DNA from: Atractiella rhizophila | Lineage: Eukaryota | NCBI GenBank assembly: GCA_021432655.1 | Contig: MU271674.1 | Location: forward strand, 1-33,203 | Length of the DNA stretch: 33,203 nucleotides | Direction of reading: 5' to 3' | Part shown: positions 22,115-33,203 of the stretch, piece after piece | Numbering within the stretch: the stretch's first letter is position 1 | Layout of the letters: every line of letters starts with the position of its first letter | The notes under the pieces: generated by a model | The model's database searches: none | What the model was told of the DNA's origin: nothing | The model's input: only the letters and a program-made list of their open reading frames with translations | Made by a program: the position numbers and the translations under genes

Positions 22115-23834
22115 TCATTGGGAAAGGTTAAAAATCGTCCAACAAAGTACCGTGGCTACAACGAGATGCCAATGGTCCCCTGCTAAGGTGAGGACGGTTG
22201 ATCCACTACTTCCTGAGGCTGGCTGAGAGGGTATCGAAGTCGGGGTGGACGAGGCGGAAAGATCGTAGGTCCTGTACCAGCACCAGCGGTTAGCGCTGCG
22301 CGATTGGATGGTCTGGGGACGCGCCAGAAACCGTTGACTTTTAACCAATCTGCCGACGATTGCCTACGTTCAAGTGTGCTCTCATTAACAAATCCGAGAA
22401 ATTGAATCGAGATCGTGAGCGAAGAATCGGCACTCGAAGGGTTTTCGAACGTCAGTCCTTCTTCGCAGATGTCGTCTTCTGCCGGCGTTCTCGCACTGGA
22501 CTTCCCAACATATCTCCACCTTTCGTACGTCAACTCCCTTCCCACGCCTGTACTACTGATATCGATCTCCGTTGATGTTGATGCCCGCAGACTTATACGT
22601 GCGCCGTGGCCAGCTGAGTACATTTCATTCGGCAACCTTGACGTTATAAATGGAAGGGGATGAACTAACGTGAGATTTTGAACTGGAAGGTGGCAAAGAC
22701 GGCAAAGGTCTCCGCTTGAGACCATTTAGAGATATCGCTTGCATTGCAGGAGGAAGGGGCTTCGTTCCAATCACCCTCGCCGTTAGAAAATCCCTCCCCT
22801 GAGCCCCAATTCGAGTTTAAAGAGACCCATATAAGTGTGGAGGTAGCAACGCTTGGAGGAGATGGGGTAGCCGTAGGAACTTCAAACAACAGTCAGTCTC
22901 TCTAATTGGGCTTTACGTGGGAGACGTACTGCTGCCAGTGGAGGAAGGGACCGTTGTGGCAGAAACACTCGATACAGTTGCTGTACGAGGCACGCTCGTT
23001 TCGTAGGTACCTAACTCAGCATGCCTTCATCTTTGCCTTCGTCATGACATGCGTCACAAAGTACGCACGCGAAAAAGTCCTTGTCTCTTCTGAATAAGTC
23101 GGCACGGATCCATATGTTCTACACTTCTTGTTGCCGTTTGTATCAACGTAGCAGGTCGAACCGGGTGCTGTCGCACTTGTCAGATAGAATATCGGAAGAG
23201 AAAGATGAAAGAAACGGACGACAACAACCGTCGAGGGATGAGCAAGGAGAGTAGCCTGAAGGGCAGCAACCCGGCGTCCCACTCGCGTAAGTGTAACAAT
23301 TCCAGCTGCCGCACAAGAGTTACACTTCTTAAGCTTGCCCCTTTTGATCATGGACGTACCCAGGGTCACAGTAAGTACCACCTGTGAATGACATAAGTGC
23401 AAGAAATGCTTGAAAAGAAGCGGAGAGGCACCTTTGCAACATTGATACCCATCAGGAGAACATCCGTTTCCATCACAGCAGCCGTACCCAGAAGGACAGC
23501 AGACTGTGTACACATTCACATCAGCTAAGTGCTGAGATCAAATTCAACGAAAAGACACACTCTTGTTTCCACAGCACTTGTTGCCGACTCCCAATCGACA
23601 ACAATAGTTGTAGTAAACGCACTTGCCGTAACCGCTCTTTGTGCAGACGTAGGTCTGTCGCTTCCCCAACAAGCCAGCGAAAGATTCCTCAAAATCGGAA
23701 TACTCATAGGAGAACGGTTCAGCTCGATACTTCACTTGAGCGGGAATGCCGATCTCTCCTAGTTCGACATCGTCCTGCGCTTCCCATTCCTGCGCGAGAG
23801 CGAGACTGAGGTAGAACCAACGAAGGAGCTTCAT
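22115..23834 (-). CDS. Secreted Cys-rich, Ser/Thr-rich, probably GPI-anchored cell-surface protein (multi-exon)
   Basis: Signal-like MKLLRWFYLSLALA, acidic pro-region ending in KR, then spliced CC repeats (YCCRLG..KCC..ICCPSGYGCCDGNGCSPDGYQCCKGGTYCDPGWNC..GCCPSGYSPC..GCCPPGSTC). A Ser/Thr linker follows, and a C-terminal SGSSG plus hydrophobic tail in ORF 22115-22348. Reaching that tail needs one extra T near 22258. Confidence 0.75.
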
Positions 23835-24457
23835 CTTTCAGGCTGCTGTTGGGTTCTCTTCAACGCATCTTCGCTATCCTTATGAGAAGGTGGAGCCTTC
23901 TCCAACCCACAGCAATCAGGACTTCCTTAACCCACTGGATTGATGGCGTGATGTGGTTAGCTGCTGGGGAGCCTCTCGATGAAAGACATCGACAGGTTCA
24001 ACAGGTTCAACGGGACGCCAGCATCCGGGGTTAAGAGTCACCTTAACACTGTCCACCAGTTGACCCCTTCTGCTCTCCTAACCCTTTGCTGACGGGACGG
24101 GACTCTTCTCTCTCGTTCAACCTGCCACTTGCTAACCACTTTCTCACCCACTCTCCCACCTGCTCTCAAAAATAGGAGAGCTTTGCAGCTTTGTATCCCG
24201 GATAAACAATTGGGGACACGGGAAAGTGTTAACCTGCACGTTCTTTCATAACTGCTAGCGTCCCAAAGTCTGTCCCGGTGACTCAACCAAGAAATGGGAC
24301 AAACGCACAACGCCACTCACGCAATCCATTCCTGCATTCCTGAATCCTGGAAACACTGGATCATGGAAACACTTCTTTCTTCAAAACCATGCCATCCCCA
24401 TCCGAGTGCACTTCTCGACTTCTTTGCACTTTTTGCAAGGAGAAGGGTTAGCTGAAG

Positions 24458-27400
24458 ATGAACGCCGTTCCACTCCTGCAATCTCGCTCTGAGCCCTGGC
24501 TAAGCCCTTCTACGCCAGGAATCACTGCTGGTGACAAGGAGGAAAGTGGGAAAGACGAGAGTGGGAAAGACGAGAGTGGGAAAGACGAGTATCCAACATA
24601 CGAAGAGGGTGATCCAAAGGTCTCAGAAACATATTCCGTCATGACCTTGGTGGAAGCCTTCCTCCCCTCCCTCCTTGGCATCGCTTATGTCATTTTTTGC
24701 GTCTACGTCTCTGACGCCTCGTCCCCACCCGTCATCTCCCATTCCACCGCACACGCCACCGAACTACGAGGAGCGACCACGGCAATCGCCAATATCTGGA
24801 TCTTTATCTCCCTTCTCTTTGTGGGGAACCTCATTGACCGAATACGCTCTGAGGAATGGCATCGACGTCTGATGAGTGCGACGGAGGTGGGAACGCCGTT
24901 TGCACACCTCAATCACGTCTCGTCAAATTTGGGTGGAACACTCAGACATGCCGTTGATTTGTTTTCATTCTTCACCGGATCCTCGAGACCTTTCAAAAGC
25001 GTCTTCATTAGCGCCCTCCTAGCCATCGCGCTCAACGAAACGGCCCCTTCCATCCTTCAAGTAGTTCCCGGTTTGTTTTCCACTCTTACTTTTCGACTGC
25101 CATCCATCCAACATTAATTGATGCCTAGGTTGGTACCCCATTGGACGGCACAATATCTCGATACCTTCCCTACCGCCACTCTCCCTTCACGCCAACCTCT
25201 CTACAGTCTTCTCCCGGACCTCGACAACTAGTTCAGAGCTCGCAACGGTCTACGTTTTTGCCAAACTCAACAACGAGCCGATCTTCATCTACCGTAACTT
25301 CCCAAACGCCGTCGTCCCTCTTCCTAATATTTTATCCGATCATGGAGAGGTTTACGAGACGGATGTCGGTTTCTTTGCGTATGATTGCGAATGGATGGCT
25401 CCTGTCCTTGGGAATCCGATTGGGAGTACTACGGCCGAGGTGATCAGTAATAGAATGACTTATGCGGGAGGTGGGTATATGGGGTTTGGCAGTGCACCGT
25501 TCTGGCCTGACAGTATGTCTGATTCCATTTCTTCTATGAATGAGGATGAGGTATTCATGAAATGCGGTATGAAAAGCGCTCGACCTCCTCGACACGATAT
25601 ACAAGCTCTCCCCCGACAACACCACCTTGGTCCCCTCATACGACGGTGTGCTAATGATCACCGTCCAATCTGCCCCACTAGAAGCGATCCAACAAAGCAG
25701 GGGACTGTGGATGGACACCTCTTCCATCCCCACCTCCCCGATCCCCTCCACCTGGTCCGCCTTCCAGACCGATGCCGCAAACCTGTACGGGAACCCGATA
25801 GCGACGGACGTATCGATGCTCCTCTGCATCCCTCAAGTCATTGTAGAAAGCCATAGGATTACAGTGAGGGGGGGCACATACCTGAGCTATCATATTGAGC
25901 CGCTCGACTATCGAGTGGGGAACATCGACGAGACTCAACTACGGATCGCCATGTCTGATTCGCTACTGGATTTCGCCACTTCAACCTATTTCTACCTCAT
26001 CCCTATGGGCTTGAGCGGCGGATCAGCGGAGGAGACAATTGGCATTTACACTCCGATCAACCAGACCGTCCTCGGACCGACATATACGAGATTTGTCCAA
26101 AGCGCGCTGTCTGCGTATTTGGATGGCGGACCGTTTGGCACGATGGATGTGGATAGTCAGGGGTCGAGACTCGGATTGGTGTTGAAGGCACAGAGGGAGT
26201 TTCTCTGGCTCGTCGCTGGTTTCTACGCCCTCCTTGCGCTGGTGGGAGCGGCGGTGGTGTGGTTTACCAGTGGGAGGCGGGAGCAGAGGATCGGGAGGTT
26301 CCTGGGGATTGGGAGAGTGCTGAGTCTCGTCCAGTGGGGTGGGAGGGATTTTCCCTCCGGACTAGAGAGGACGTTGAACGGAAGGAGGGTTGCGGTGGTT
26401 GCTGCTGAGGTCGCGGGGGGAGAGGGGAAGATGGAGAGCGAGGAGGAGAGGGCACTTCTTGCGTTCCGCACCGCGCGGGTTTGTGTGAAGGATTTCCCAT
26501 CTGTTGATGGAGTGGCACCGGCGCTCAGTGTGCAGATCGGCCCTCCAGTGGTCAAGGGGTGGTTGGAGAGGAAGATCAAGGCGTTGAGGAATGTGGTGAT
26601 GTTCATCACACCGGTCGTTGGCGGAGCCTTTGTGGCGTTCGGCGTGTATGCCTATAAACATGACGTCGTGGTTCCTATTAAGATCGAGGAGGAGAGACTC
26701 GTCCTGATTGGCACGCTCTTTACTATCGCGGTTGGCTTTTGGAGAACGTTAGCGTTGGGAGGGACGAGGAGTGCGATTCGAGAGGTGCGGTCTGAGGTTA
26801 GTCCCTTCAAACCCCTGTCCTCTCTTCCCTCAGAAAGATGATGTGATGTGATAGGAATGGACGCGGCTTTCGGATCTGGCCCAGAAAAATGGACAGCTGG
26901 AGGATGAGAAGGTAAAAGAAGCCTTGGAGGACGTCTCAACCAACCAAACATCGATCATCCACTGGCTCCGCTACGCTCTCTTCTACACACCGCGCTCGCT
27001 TATCTCAGGCTACTATCGCCTCACTTTCCTCACTTTCATCCTGATGTCCGCCTGCTCCATCCTCTCCCAAGGAGCCATCCAACTCCGCCTACGTGAACTC
27101 CCCCTCTCGCCTGCCCAACCCTCAAATGTCAATTCGTACGATGCAAACTTCATTACGGTGTATAAGAACCTCACTGAGGAGCCGTGGGCTTCCCAAGCTG
27201 CGCTCATCACGAACTCGACGAGGTTAGATGTAATCGAGGGGTTCAGCCATACCGCGGACAATTATGCGTATCTTGAGCATGTGTTGGAGGTGACTATCGG
27301 ATTTAAGATGCCTTCCCAGGGGAAGGAAGGGTACTTCCTCATGCAGCCACAGGACACGATATACGAGCGGAATGCGAGCGTACGTTTCTACACGGATCTC

Positions 27401-28339
27401 GGGAGGTGGAGGATGGAATGTGCGTGGACCAAACCGACGATTCAAGAATGGGACGAGGAGGTGAACTCAAGCTCGTACATTTCGCTCAGGCTCGAGGATA
27501 AGGACGTGTATGGCCTCATCAACCCTCCGTGGGGCTATACGTGGTTTCATCCACTCCAGCGTCCCCAGCGGATCTCAAACACGTCAGGTATCTTCTCCGG
27601 TCTCTCTGCGTTCACGCTTTTCGGTGCCTCCTCAAACTCGCCTTTCAACACCACATCCTCGGTCCTTCTCGATTCCGTCCCGAATGCAGATCTCTCTCCA
27701 GAATGGCAGAAGTGGATCGCAACCACGATGGTGCCCTCTTATAGCCCCTCTTTCGTGGAGAAGTACGTAACCATACCAGACAAAATCACCACGTTGGTGT
27801 GCGAGCCGAACTTGAAAATTCTGTATAACTCCACAGTGACGATCTACAATGGTTCAGTCTCCTTCAATTTCGACTCATCCTCAGAGGACGAGGCAAAGAA
27901 GATCGGAAATCTGGACTATGGCCAGCTCGCCTACCTCCTCTACTACTCCTCGACCGGCATCTCCGTCTCCCAACTAGGTGACTTCTCCCCCCTCCTCCCA
28001 ATCGGCAGGCTCATAGGCGAAGCCGCTCTCTCCTCCTCTAATATCACCATTCCGAGAGATGGAGAAGATATAGCGCGGACAATGAATTCCCTCCTCGCCT
28101 CTAAACTAAAGTACTTCGCACGGTTTTCGTGGAATAATGCTACCACCTTTTCGTCGCCAGTAGGAGAGAGAGCAGTGGTTGATGTGTCCTTCCCTCAGTT
28201 TCTTGCGAGCGCCATATTGTTTGCGTTGTTATCGCTTGCGATTGCGGTGAAGATGTGTAGGACGAAGTTGAGGAAGTGGACTGTAGTAGGATTGCTTGTT
28301 GCTGGAGGGAGGGAGCTGGATGGGTGGAGAGAGAAGTAA
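24458..28339 (+). CDS. Hypothetical multi-pass membrane protein made of two tandem homologous modules
   Basis: ORFs join via introns 25071-25128 and 26797-26854 (frames checked) plus one unresolved junction near 25550-25625. Several hydrophobic helices and many N-X-S/T sites are present, and paired motifs recur in both halves. Confidence 0.8.
24540..24589 (+). repeat. 15-bp coding minisatellite (ESGKD x3)
   Basis: GA(A/G)AGTGGGAAAGAC is repeated three times in frame. Confidence 0.85.
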
Positions 28340-28899
28340 CATTTTTGGCTGTTGAATACTTTTATGTTTTTGTGTGTCGTTTAGGTCCATTTCATCGTTC
28401 CTGGTGTTGTCGACTCGTTATTGATATTTCAGTAACTTTCATCGTTCAAGTCAGCTGGTTGCTCGTCTCTCTCTTTTTCTACTTGTGTTCAATGTTGGCA
28501 TTTTACAAGCGGAACTTGTGGTAGGGATGGTGGTGCAATCAATTATAAAGCTATATGGCCATGAAGTTTTATGAAGCTCTTCAACTGATAAATAAATACA
28601 TGATGGGACTGGGACCTCCTACCACCGCCCGCCTTTCCTTTCCCCACCCTCCTTTAATTTGATGTTCACTTTCCTCCTCCATCGCCAATGACTTGTCACT
28701 TCCTCACAATTACCTGCAGTAGATTAACTAATCCTCCCACGGTGGGATAGTTAGCAATGGCAGGAGCCAGCCCTCCAGTTACTGCAGACCCTCTGATTTC
28801 ATACCTGACAGCCAAAGATGGTGGCGAATTTGGTCTCTGGGTGCTGAAGGGAGTCTCGTCTGACCCTTGTCCCCTCTGTAGTAGTGCCTTTAGACATGA

Positions 28900-30870
28900 A
28901 CGAGAGAAAGTAGAGGATCTTCGATAGATCGTCAGGAACTCGAGAGGGAGGGCCGAATGGTTAGTCGGATCTCGAGCACCAGTGAAGAGAGCAAATGAAA
29001 CAAGTCTGAAAAGCTACCAAGTGGCAATAGTTGAGCGTATCTTGTCTGTTCTAGAAATCGGATTGGCGTTGGAGTAACGGTACCTTGCTCCCTAACCGAA
29101 CTCGATTCTGGAGCGGCTAGACAAGATGGTGAATGAAGATCCAGGCCCTTTCGTGAGCGCAAGACTAAAGGATTTAGGAGAGAGTAACCGAAAACTGTGC
29201 TTGTACCTCCATTGCCACTTAGACAATGATCTGTCGGGGTTGTACAAGTAAGAGGAGATGTTGACAATATGTGGGATGATGGAGTTCTGAAGTGCATTCT
29301 TTTGAACATTTCTACTTCTTTCTACCTCTGAAACACCCTTTGTTCTAAACATTGGGAGGATCACAGAGAATATGGCTCAAGTATGAGACTTTCCAGAGAT
29401 ACTATGGCAGCCGCACCGACCGGAAGGAAGGCGTACTTCCTCAACGAATTTAAGGAAGTAGTGGCAACAGACATGCCGTCAAATGCTGGTTGGTTGGCAC
29501 AGAGTCAGAGGAAAAGGTACAATTTGAGAAAGATTAGGGATGACTCACTTGAACGAGACAAAGGAATGCCAGACAGTCATTTGCGTATACACTCTACTAA
29601 CAATGTCCAAGTCACTGCCTCTCACAGACACTGCAAAGGTCATAAAACAACTGATAGTGTCGAAAGTCACAACAAGTCTCCGACCACAACCGTTAGAAGC
29701 AGCCAAAAGGCTAGACGCGAGACTAACATCCTCATTTCTGATAGATAGACTCTGTTTTGGTTTCCGTTCCATTGCAGAGGCTAATGCCTCCATAGCAATT
29801 CAAGGCATACAAAAGGACCTAAACCATCACAAATCACTCTTTTTCACAATGGCTTGCATCACACTATTAGCTGAATGGATGTGTCAAATAAACGGCTGTG
29901 TGCCACCTCTCAGTACTAGTAAGTCGTTAAAAGTTATCCGCTAAGTGCGACAATATTTTCTAGTAGTGCAATCGCATCTTGAGCTTGCACTAAATGAGAC
30001 AAGAGGCATTGGCAACGCAGACATGTGGGTTACGGGCAGGTTCTGGCACAGGTGGCTTCGTAGGAACATCTGCGAATGTTCGCAAACCCCACTGGCGCTC
30101 AAACACGTCAGGGCACACATAGGAAATGATGACAATGGACAATGCGTCAAGATTGAACGCCGCAGCCCCATCAAGGCGCGAAGGACACGCATGGGACAGA
30201 ATGCATAAACTTCCCATCCCCAGGCTTTTATGCAGACAATTTCGCGCTCATGGAAGGAGACAACGTCCTAGAGGGTAACATCAGGAATGTCGTACACAAA
30301 GCCATAATTCAAAGATGGATAGACGGAATCGACAAGGCGATAAAATGGAGGACAGTCCCAAAGGTTAAGGGATATGATCACAGGCCACCTCCGTTTTTCC
30401 TGCATGCGATGGCACCTTCTGCTCACTCGCTACTTGCGCAAATGCCAGGGTCCCTTGATACGAAATCTAGACGGATAGGACGATTGAAAGATCACACAAA
30501 CCCGATGTGCCCTTTTCATAAACACAATCCACATGAGCATATATTCGTCACCTGTGAGGAGCACAGACAGTCAAGAAAGGAGGCGGCCACGAAGATGATC
30601 CTGAAAATCCCTGACATTATGTAAACCTAAATGTTCGACTCACGATCATAACACAAAACTTGTTCTCGCATCACACAGGCTGGGAAATCGCATACTACTA
30701 AGTACAGATACCGCTCATCGATGCAGGACCTCAGCCACAGATAGATGGCGAGCGAGGGGCCAGGAAGCTCAGCCATCTTTGCCATACGGGCTCAGTACAC
30801 TAGACGGACCGCATATAGGCGAGAGAAATACTGCAACAAACTCGCGAAGCAACACCAGATTTAAATGAAA
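28900..30870 (+). mobile_element. Decayed non-LTR retrotransposon (LINE) 3' portion: RNase H and C-terminal zinc-finger remnants
   Basis: Fragmented + strand frames contain LKHVRAHIGND (RNase H HVxAHxG motif, ~30095) and downstream SLDTKSR...PMCPF...HEHIFVTC (LINE CCHC-type finger remnant, ~30500-30555). Many stops; no RT catalytic motif seen; boundaries approximate. Confidence 0.6.
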
Positions 30871-31189
30871 ACTAATCCACGGTTACGCGGTAACCCAGAG
30901 TTCCGACGAGGTACCTCCTTTGGAGGCGAGGTTGCGAAACCCGCTGATTTATTTTGAACAAATCAAATGGGAGTCAACTGAAGGTATACCCATTGCAACT
31001 TGCGTACTCCGGCGGAAAGCTACGAAGTGTTCCTCCATCGAATCAACTGATCATTCCGCCGTCCACGTCGCATTGCGAGCCCCTCAGAAATAAGTCGATC
31101 GACCCTGACTTGCAGAAACGGCTGGCGGATATCAAGAAGGTTAATACCAAGGTCTACGAATCCTCTCAATCGAACAATGGAGGCGGCTG

Positions 31190-31325
31190 TGCCTTCTCTT
31201 ACCTTTACAAGCTTGCGGGCACTTCGACCGGAGGATGGATTGCTTTGATGCTTGGGAGGCTGTCCCGGAGTGTATGTACGCTTTCAATGAGATCGTAAAG
31301 GAGGTCTTCTCCCAGAAGCCTCTAG
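31190..31325 (+). pseudogene. Patatin-like phospholipase fragment
   Basis: LAGTSTGGWIALMLGRL (GxSxG elbow typical of fungal patatin domains) is followed out of frame by ECMYAFNEIVKEVFS. No convincing DGGG start or DG catalytic motif. Confidence 0.65.
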
Positions 31326-32178
31326 GTACGTAGGGCTACCCACAGACTGGTTGAAATTAGTTTGCAATTACGAAATATGTACGACTGGCAATCCTTATCA
31401 GAAGCTCCAGTTAAACAACAATTTCGTCATCCCTACTCGAATCAAAAGCAGAGGTTGCCACAAGCAAAACGATGACATGGGTTAAAAGGCACGCATTCAC
31501 ATATGAAGCAAAGAAGCAGGGCCGCAGGACCATCTTTCTATCATTCCCTCCAACCACCACAGGTAGGGGTCAGGTCAAAGCCGAGTAGCGAATCGAGAGA
31601 AAGGAGAGAAAAACATAAAGTACTAAATATGGAACGTGAAGCTCAGATTCCAGTAGAAATAAAGTGAAGTGATACAACACCTTTCGCATTCAGGATGAAG
31701 AGAAGTCATTATGTGTATCCAATCACTCATAAACGGAAATTCAAGGTTTGATTGAGCAAGGAAAAAGAGCAAGCGGAGAAGAGTAAAGCAAACACAACAA
31801 CATATCTCTATAGTCTGGAGGTTAAAAAAGGGAGATGGGAGTAGAACGAACAGGCGAGCAGAACCCGCTGACTGGAACAGTGGGTTGAATAGTTCTGTCG
31901 GGAATAGATGATCGGATAAGGTAGTGTTCCATATGCCAGCAATAACAGGTTATGATGGCGCTCTCGATTCCCGCCTCGAATCGGTCCGTTTCGTTCAATG
32001 ATAGCATATCGTGGTGCGGCGTGATCTGTATGTGTAGGTGTAGGTGACGGTCGTTTTGACTTCTATATGCGACGGCGAAGGGTAACAGTCTTGAACTACT
32101 GGAATCTTGTCTATAACTTCTTCTTCTATCGTCCCCAATCTCTCTTGCATCTCAACCTAACCACGAAACTCAGCGAGC

Positions 32179-33203
<1,025 letters not shown>

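Noticed and set aside
28726..30878. AACTAATCC at both sides of the LINE remnant as a target-site duplication
   Set aside because: A 9-bp match, with undefined element ends and no clear 3' tail, is too weak.
30881..30947. Hammerhead-ribozyme-like sequence (CCGACGAG...CGAAAC) after the LINE remnant
   Set aside because: The core deviates from CUGANGA and stems I-III do not pair cleanly. Only the hairpins GGTTAC/GTAACC and CCTCC/GGAGG are solid; an Infernal search would settle it.

Overview
Left end of a eukaryotic chromosome, most likely fungal and probably basidiomycete-type (inferred from 44-63 nt GT-AG introns with CTRAC-like branch points and from the gene families). It opens with (CCCTAA)n telomere repeats at 1-95. 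Next is an intron-rich + strand locus (1722-6866) in which a gasdermin-like pore-forming domain appears to splice in frame into a Pps1-type dual-specificity phosphatase. An unassigned spliced - strand gene (~7.6-9.8 kb) follows. From 10.6 to 21.9 kb lies a gene-free mosaic of at least six tandem-repeat families, nearly all built on short palindromes: 67-bp, 63-bp, CTCGCGAG, 162-bp, ~210-bp with a conserved 50-bp hairpin core, and TTCGCT-AGCGAA. The mosaic ends in CACTA-like terminus motifs. The right third holds a secreted Cys-rich GPI-type protein (-), an internally duplicated multi-pass membrane protein (+), a decayed LINE with RNase H and zinc-finger remnants, a patatin fragment and the 3' part of an SRPK (Sky1/Dsk1) kinase (-). 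Several genes carry single-base frameshifts in homopolymers, probably consensus errors. All gene models were spliced by eye and no searches were run.
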